A program made the position numbers and the translations under genes. The notes under the pieces are model-generated. The model searched no databases and had not been told where the DNA came from. It worked only from the letters and a program-made list of their open reading frames with translations. 29,458 nt of DNA from positions 1 through 29,458 of IMG/VR virus record IMGVR_UViG_3300043756_000044. One strand, given 5' to 3'. Source of the stretch: a virus (lineage: Duplodnaviria > Caudoviricetes). Below are positions 24,669-29,458 of this stretch, one piece after another; the first letter of the stretch is position 1, and each line of letters begins with the position of its first letter.

Positions 24669-24848
24669 TCAACTCGATTTCTTGCGGCGTCTCTTCCGGC
24701 TCACACCCGCCTGCCGCAACCCTACAGCTATCGCTTGCTTCGTTGCTCGCTTCGCACCAAACTTTCGCTTTGTTCTGGCGAAGGTTCTACCCTTGCGAAA
24801 TTCCGCGATGTTCCGACCGACGTTCTTTTTTCCGCGTCGTCCCGGCAT
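24669..24848 (-). CDS. 59-aa highly basic peptide with KQAIAVGL motif (DUF6496-like; not in ORF track)
   Basis: MPGRRGKKNVGRNIAEFRKGRTFARTKRKFGAKRATKQAIAVGLRQAGVSRKRRRKKSS. Own promoter upstream. Confidence 0.75.
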   Translation of the reverse strand: MPGRRGKKNVGRNIAEFRKGRTFARTKRKFGAKRATKQAIAVGLRQAGVSRKRRRKKSS

Positions 24849-24857
24849 GATGCCGAC

Positions 24858-24886
24858 ACCATAGCACTAACCGTGTTCCGTCGCAA
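24858..24886 (-). promoter_or_regulatory. Sigma70-type promoter
   Basis: TTGCGA-N17-TATGGT with extended TG, 9 nt upstream of ATG 24848. Confidence 0.6.
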
Positions 24887-24971
24887 GGGAGGAATGCAGG
24901 GACCGCAGTTCATGGAGCATTGTCCGTCCTCCCAACAATCAGAGCAGGGAGGAGTCGAACGGATGCCGAAC

Positions 24972-25214
24972 CTATAGAGCGGCAGCATGTTTTCTCCTCT
25001 CCCGTCGCCATGCACGAAACTCATCGCGCTCTTCAGGAGTTGACGGCTGCGAGCAATACTTACAGCGCTTCAATTCCTTTTTCTCGCGCAAGTAGTTTAC
25101 CCGCGCCTTCGCGCAATCCTCACCACAAGTGATTGCCCGCTTTCTCTTCCGCTCCAGTGGAACCGCGCTGCCGCACACCACGCAAAACACGGATACATGA
25201 TCTAAAGTCGCCAC
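24972..25214 (-). CDS. Zinc-ribbon protein (80 aa)
   Basis: CVVC...TCGEDC...CKYC. GTG start overlaps the RusA stop (TAGTG). Confidence 0.75.
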   Translation of the reverse strand: MATLDHVSVFCVVCGSAVPLERKRKRAITCGEDCAKARVNYLREKKELKRCKYCSQPSTPEERDEFRAWRRERRKHAAAL

Positions 25215-25627
25215 TAATTCTCCATTCTCTCTACGTAAAAAACCGTTCGCGGGCTGCGCGGGTCGCTGCGGTGATCCTTATCCACCACGATATTGCAATC
25301 TGCAATATAGGCGTCGCTATGGATAACGCCTGCGCTCTGCAAACCATCCATACAGCACTTCGCGAAGTTGTCAGCATCCCCTCGCTGCGAGTACGCCAAG
25401 TACACGATCACCTTCACACGGTAGCGGGCTTTTTTGCGCTCGCGCTCATCCTCTGGTGCAACTGTCAATCCCTTAGAAAATATAGCCACCGCTTGTTTCC
25501 ACGCCACCGCCTCTTTTGACAGTTTTCTCCCCCTGTGCGGATACCCCAAGCGGTCGCGATACATCGTAACTTCCCAATAGTGATTGACCGATACTGGCTT
25601 CCACGGTACTTCGAATGTCACTTGCAT
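25214..25627 (-). CDS. rusA: RusA family Holliday junction resolvase
   Basis: PVSVNHYW N-terminus and RGDADNFAKCCMDGL...GVIHSDAYI catalytic motif. Confidence 0.9.
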   Translation of the reverse strand: MQVTFEVPWKPVSVNHYWEVTMYRDRLGYPHRGRKLSKEAVAWKQAVAIFSKGLTVAPEDERERKKARYRVKVIVYLAYSQRGDADNFAKCCMDGLQSAGVIHSDAYIADCNIVVDKDHRSDPRSPRTVFYVERMEN

Positions 25628-25663
25628 AAACAGAGTCTATCATATAGTCTTTAGTAATGGCTA
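25622..25663. promoter_or_regulatory. Overlapping divergent promoters, both predicted leaderless
   Basis: Plus: TTGCAT-N17-TAGTCT-N6-ATG(25657). Minus: TAGCCA-N18-(TGa)TAGACT-N6-ATG(25627). Confidence 0.65.
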
Positions 25664-25914
25664 CAAAATCCGTACCTTTAGTTCGAATGCCAAGAGTGCC
25701 AAACGGTTCGCGGGTGAAGATGGTTGCGCAGACCGTGCGGCTTACCGATGACGAAAACGAACGCATCAAACGGGCCGCGAAAAAGCAGGGCTGGACCGCG
25801 AATGCATTCATGGTTTACGTGCTCAATTCCGCCGCTAACGATGTTCTCGGAACACCAAAAGAAAGGGAAGAATTCCTAAATGGCAAGACCACCAGCAAAC
25901 CGTCCAGCAAGTAA
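25657..25914 (+). CDS. Ribbon-helix-helix DNA-binding protein
   Basis: QTVRLTDDENERIKRAAKKQGWTANAFM pattern. Confidence 0.75.
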   Translation: MATKSVPLVRMPRVPNGSRVKMVAQTVRLTDDENERIKRAAKKQGWTANAFMVYVLNSAANDVLGTPKEREEFLNGKTTSKPSSK

Positions 25915-26098
25915 TCCACCAGCCGATGAACCCAAACTGCATTTGCACTTCGATGATCCTATGCAGGAGATTCTTTTCCTGCTCGGTCAGTTGAACGGCA
26001 ATCATACCGCGACCGCGCACCGCATCACCGAACTTGTGCTCATCGTGCAGCGCGATTGGAAAGCGGAACTCGCGGCGGCAGAGAAAGTAGGCGAGTGA
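25880..26098 (+). CDS. Hypothetical protein (72 aa)
   Basis: Part of a coupled plus-strand ORF chain (TGATG at its end). Confidence 0.6.
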   Translation: MARPPANRPASNPPADEPKLHLHFDDPMQEILFLLGQLNGNHTATAHRITELVLIVQRDWKAELAAAEKVGE

Positions 26099-26322
26099 TG
26101 ATCTCATTCGGGCAGCTTCTACTGGCTGTGTCGATTCCATCCATCATAGCCATTATTGGAATCCTGTTGAACAACAGCAATATGAACTCGCTGCGAACGG
26201 AATTACGTGCTGACATGGCGGACCTGCGGAACTTTATGAACCACTTCGTAGATCGTCACATTACCCATGAGGGACGCATCGCGACCGTGGAAGAACGCAC
26301 CAAACCGAAAGAGGGCAAGTGA
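26098..26322 (+). CDS. Single-TM plus coiled-coil protein (74 aa)
   Basis: ATG 26098. LLLAVSIPSIIAIIGILL followed by LRTELRADM...HEGRIATVE. Confidence 0.7.
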   Translation: MISFGQLLLAVSIPSIIAIIGILLNNSNMNSLRTELRADMADLRNFMNHFVDRHITHEGRIATVEERTKPKEGK

Positions 26323-26504
26323 TGGCGACATTCGAGGAACGCATGGAAGCGCTCACGCGCAACTTAGAACTCATGGAGGTTGAATTCCGTGAGTTCACGG
26401 CTATTGTCATCCCTGCACTGCACTCTATGGCGGAAACGGCGCAGCACCTGCTGCTCATCGCTCAGGCGCACGAAAAGCGCATTGAGCGGTTGGAGGGTGA
26501 GTAG
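26319..26504 (+). CDS. Short coiled-coil protein (61 aa)
   Basis: TFEERMEAL...HEKRIERLEG. Translationally coupled. Confidence 0.7.
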   Translation: MMATFEERMEALTRNLELMEVEFREFTAIVIPALHSMAETAQHLLLIAQAHEKRIERLEGE

Positions 26505-26782
26505 TGGCATCGATACTGGTACGCGTTAATGGCACGATGGACACCATCAAACCGGCGAACGGTGTGAACTGGTCATTGGAGGAACTGCAGACTTTGGTGG
26601 GAGGCTACATCGAAGCTGTGCGCATCGGCCCTAGTAAATGGCTGATCGTGGACGAAGAAGGTTTGCTGAAAAACAAGCCGTTCAACGCCAACGCTTCCAC
26701 GATGGCAAGCTGTCAGATCGTGGGAGATGCGGTCATGGTCGGAACTTGGATGGAGATGAACGGCCCGGAGGATGAGCAATGA
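26504..26782 (+). CDS. DUF3846-like protein
   Basis: LEELQTLVGGYIE...IVDEEGLLKNKPFN...IVGD motif. Confidence 0.75.
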   Translation: MASILVRVNGTMDTIKPANGVNWSLEELQTLVGGYIEAVRIGPSKWLIVDEEGLLKNKPFNANASTMASCQIVGDAVMVGTWMEMNGPEDEQ

Positions 26783-27009
26783 CCATCGATGAGTTAAAGG
26801 ATTACATCGACGTAAAGTTTCAGGAGCAGCGGCAGTACACCGACGAACGTACTCGCGACATGGAAACCCACTTACTGAAGGAATTCCGCAAGTGGGCTAT
26901 TCCAATCGAGGGCGGGCGGCGGATACAGACAGCAACGAATCTCACTGTTGAAGAGCGATTGGCCGCGCTGGAAGATCGAGTAAAGGACTTAGAAGCAGAA
27001 GAGGATTAA
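26779..27009 (+). CDS. Short coiled-coil protein (76 aa)
   Basis: GGAGG RBS. METHLLKEFRKWA...ERLAALEDRVKDLE. Confidence 0.75.
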   Translation: MTIDELKDYIDVKFQEQRQYTDERTRDMETHLLKEFRKWAIPIEGGRRIQTATNLTVEERLAALEDRVKDLEAEED

Positions 27010-27423
27010 ATGTCAAGAATCTCAGGGAATAAAACAAATACTCCAAAGCGACCTTCACGCCCGCCTCGAAATAAAGCGGGAAGGATGTTAAGAGCAGAAG
27101 ATTTGTTGGGGATGATGGGGGATAAACACCAGCGATGGCTTGTAGTGATAAAGCCTGAGTATCGTCTTCACCCGCGAGGTTCTATTTTTTCGTTTAAGCG
27201 GAAGAAGGGAACGGCATCATTCCAACCGTCATGTTCATGGCCTCCATTCCGATGTCAAATCAAAGATGGTTTGTTCTACGACGAACAGGATAGGCTTGTG
27301 TTGGTTTGGGAATATATGAATCTTGACGGCACGCCGTTCCATCCCCCATTCAAAAAACGTGGTAGGGACTTGACTAAAAAAAAGATCAAGCCTACGCTTT
27401 CAGCACCACAAACTTCCCTGTAG
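27010..27423 (+). CDS. Hypothetical basic protein (137 aa)
   Basis: GAGG RBS, abuts the upstream stop, lower GC. Confidence 0.55.
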   Translation: MSRISGNKTNTPKRPSRPPRNKAGRMLRAEDLLGMMGDKHQRWLVVIKPEYRLHPRGSIFSFKRKKGTASFQPSCSWPPFRCQIKDGLFYDEQDRLVLVWEYMNLDGTPFHPPFKKRGRDLTKKKIKPTLSAPQTSL

Positions 27424-27614
27424 CGGGGAACATTTTTCATTAACCCATCCATTCGGTGGCAATGTGGTACATTCAGATACATCGGGGTTGCTCCCGATAC
27501 CAACTAGCGCCTGCTAAGTTAGGTTTTAGGGGTGGTGGTTTACCAATTCCCACCGCCCCCGCCCTTCCTTAGTGAATCGCTGTTGAGGGCGAAGATGAAA
27601 TAAGAATTGGACCC

Positions 27615-27935
27615 ATGAGCGCAAATAAAGCCATAGGCCCATTGAGGAATGGTGTGCCTATGCGCAACAAAGCTGCCTTTCGGCATCTCGTGCTGGTCCT
27701 AATTTCGTGGTGCGAATACAACGGGGAATATGCAACCCCGGAGAAGATCGAACACTACTCCCGCCTGTCTCACAAGCAATGCTCAACCGTTCTCTCAGAA
27801 TTGTGGACACAAGGAATGATTGTGTCCGAAGTTCTCGGGGACATCCGATTTTATAAGGTTCCAGAATCAATAAAGCGTTCAGAATTAGTTGATTGGGAAT
27901 TTGTCCGGGAAAGTCTTGGACGTGATGTGGACTGA
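27615..27935 (+). CDS. Winged HTH-like protein (106 aa)
   Basis: TPEKIEHYSRLSHKQCSTVLSELWTQGMI...FYKV. Confidence 0.55.
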   Translation: MSANKAIGPLRNGVPMRNKAAFRHLVLVLISWCEYNGEYATPEKIEHYSRLSHKQCSTVLSELWTQGMIVSEVLGDIRFYKVPESIKRSELVDWEFVRESLGRDVD

Positions 27936-27972
27936 TGTGTACTAATGTGTACCAACGTGGAGTGATGTGAAA
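27923..27972 (+). repeat. Five phased 10-bp direct repeats upstream of the replication gene
   Basis: TGATGTGGAC, TGATGTGTAC, TAATGTGTAC, CAACGTGGAG, TGATGTGAAA. Confidence 0.75.
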
Positions 27973-29036
27973 TGTACTCAAAAGTGTTCTCACAGATATT
28001 CGATTCGTCCATTGCCGAGGATTATGTGGTCCGACATGTCTTCATGGATTTGCTAGTTTTGGCGGACAAATGGGGCGAGATCGACATGACACTTGAAGCC
28101 ATCGCTCGGCGCACAAATGTACCCATCGAATTAGTCACTCGCGCTATCACCACATTGATGCAGGCTGATACCTCTAGCCGCTCTAAAGAGGAGTATGGTA
28201 AGCGACTTGTTTTGTTAGACAAGCATCGTGATTGGGGATGGAAGATTGTCAATTATAAGAAGTATCGAGCGATGCAAGATTCTGATGCTAGACGGTCGTA
28301 TTGGAGAGACTATAAGCGGCAGCGCAGAGCGGCAGAAAAGTTATCGGATGATGAACCAATTGGTAAGTCCAATTATAGACCTAAAAAAGTTGTCCCGGAC
28401 ATTCCCATACTGTCTCAAGATTCCACTGATGCAGATGCAGAAGCAGATGCATACTTAAAAACCTTAAACCCCCCTCCCCCTTTGGAATGTCCACATGTGG
28501 ACGCGAAAGGCGACCCAAGAGGCAAGCCGGTCGTCGTGATGCCGGTAGACCCGCTAGGCAATCCCGAGGTCTACACACAATCCAACCTCATCGCGCTCGC
28601 TTGCCCTGAGGCACGCCTTCGCGGGTGGAGTGAAAGCAAGATCACTCATGCGCATCGCGTCGCGATAATCACCGCTGCCAGAGGCGAGGCTGTAGAACTT
28701 GGGGTCAGCATGGCCGAAGCAATGAACGGTTTGCTGATCGCCGTTCAGGACCAAACGTCGAGTGTGCCTGAAGAGCGCTGGCAGTACATGGGAAATCTTG
28801 AAACCTACTTCCGCAAGCAGAGCTACCGCATTCCACCGAAGAACCTCATGGGGGGAAACGATGTACGAACAAGAGTTCAACGCAATCATCCGACAAAGGC
28901 GGACAGGACTATCCAAGCCCTTGCTGAATTCCGAAATCGAATTGCAACGGATTGGGAACCAGTTGGCGGCGACGGCGGTATGCAGGCAGACGCCGCTGGA
29001 TGGAACGACGCTGGTGGTATACGCAAAGCAACTTAG
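27972..29036 (+). CDS. Phage replication initiator (replisome organiser-like, 354 aa)
   Basis: YSKVFSQIFDSSI...LLVLAD...IARR...GWKIVNYKKYR N-terminal domain, RRSYWRDYKR helix and DADAEAD linker. GGAG RBS. Confidence 0.75.
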   Translation: MYSKVFSQIFDSSIAEDYVVRHVFMDLLVLADKWGEIDMTLEAIARRTNVPIELVTRAITTLMQADTSSRSKEEYGKRLVLLDKHRDWGWKIVNYKKYRAMQDSDARRSYWRDYKRQRRAAEKLSDDEPIGKSNYRPKKVVPDIPILSQDSTDADAEADAYLKTLNPPPPLECPHVDAKGDPRGKPVVVMPVDPLGNPEVYTQSNLIALACPEARLRGWSESKITHAHRVAIITAARGEAVELGVSMAEAMNGLLIAVQDQTSSVPEERWQYMGNLETYFRKQSYRIPPKNLMGGNDVRTRVQRNHPTKADRTIQALAEFRNRIATDWEPVGGDGGMQADAAGWNDAGGIRKAT

Positions 29037-29334
29037 CTTGCTCGATGCGACCCGCTACGTGCTGGCTGATGTGGAAGAGGCCCTGTTCGAGATCGGACGC
29101 GAATCTCGCGGCGAGTACGACACTCCGTTTCCATCCGTGGGCGAGTTGCTGGACAGGGTGGAGGCACAACGGCGCAAGCGCACTGCGGGGGAAGCGCAAA
29201 AGCAATGCGATGCTCGGCTAGCCGCCTACGAAGCCTACGCGGATCGGATTCGACAGGAGCGCGAGGATGAATGGAACCGGAAAAAGGGCGAACGCGAGAA
29301 AACGCGTCAGGAGGCTCTAGGGAGAGCCGGTTAG
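28861..29334 (+). CDS. Helicase loader/inhibitor-like protein (157 aa; start uncertain)
   Basis: Follows and overlaps the initiator. VYAKQL...DVEEAL...PFPSVGEL pattern resembles lambda P / G39P-like partners. Confidence 0.5.
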   Translation: MYEQEFNAIIRQRRTGLSKPLLNSEIELQRIGNQLAATAVCRQTPLDGTTLVVYAKQLSLLDATRYVLADVEEALFEIGRESRGEYDTPFPSVGELLDRVEAQRRKRTAGEAQKQCDARLAAYEAYADRIRQEREDEWNRKKGEREKTRQEALGRAG

Positions 29335-29458
29335 GTTTTTGGGTGGGTAGTATGCCTAAAGAGCCAGCGATAGCAGGAATAGGCATTGGCACCACCAGCC
29401 AACGGTATCGTAGAAAGTGGAAATAGTAGCCATTGTGTGTAGCGGTGGTGAGGGTGGG

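Larger units (their letters stand above)
1..29458. mobile_element. Bacteriophage genome segment (podovirus-like morphogenesis module plus divergent replication module)
   Basis: Gene order terminase-portal-scaffold-capsid-adaptor-nozzle-ejection-lysis on the minus strand. Regulator and replication genes on the plus strand. No host housekeeping genes, no tape measure and no integrase within the window. Confidence 0.95.

Noticed and set aside
29335-29458. G-rich right end as a possible genome terminus, with a 24-codon ORF
   Set aside because: No terminal repeat can be tested within this window, and the ORF lacks support.
1-29458. tRNA genes, integrase/att sites, reverse transcriptase (DGR or retron), alternative genetic code
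   Set aside because: None recognisable. Genes tile densely under the standard code, with all three stop codons used.

Overview
The whole window is a tailed-phage (Caudoviricetes) genome segment with podovirus-like gene order. A long minus-strand late region (25627 down to <1) runs: RusA resolvase, small ORFs, large terminase, portal, HNH-AP2 endonuclease, scaffold, N4-gp56-like major capsid, two paralogous head-tail adaptors, a large nozzle/tail-tube-B-like protein, a GNAT-like protein, three ejection-type proteins, lysis genes (holin-like, lipoprotein, SleB-like hydrolase) and a truncated tail-fibre-like gene. A divergent plus-strand early region (25657-29334) carries an RHH regulator, short coiled-coil proteins, a DUF3846-like protein, a replication initiator and a loader-like gene. 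The short coiled-coil ORFs suggest an Acidobacteriota host, but this is inference only. Two results stand out. (1) Two antisense cassettes in the tail operon (about 11770-12025 and 12915-13190) share one architecture: TAGACT -10, 5' anti-SD, ACCGGC hairpin, strong SD, GTG-started 31-35 aa hydrophobic peptide, hairpin, and an identical 14-bp convergent promoter. This looks like a type I toxin-antitoxin pair, and each cassette is spanned on the operon strand by an open bridge frame. (2) The large terminase has intact ATPase motifs but appears to lack its nuclease acidic residues, and no small terminase is recognisable. All family assignments come from reading motifs by eye, not from database searches.
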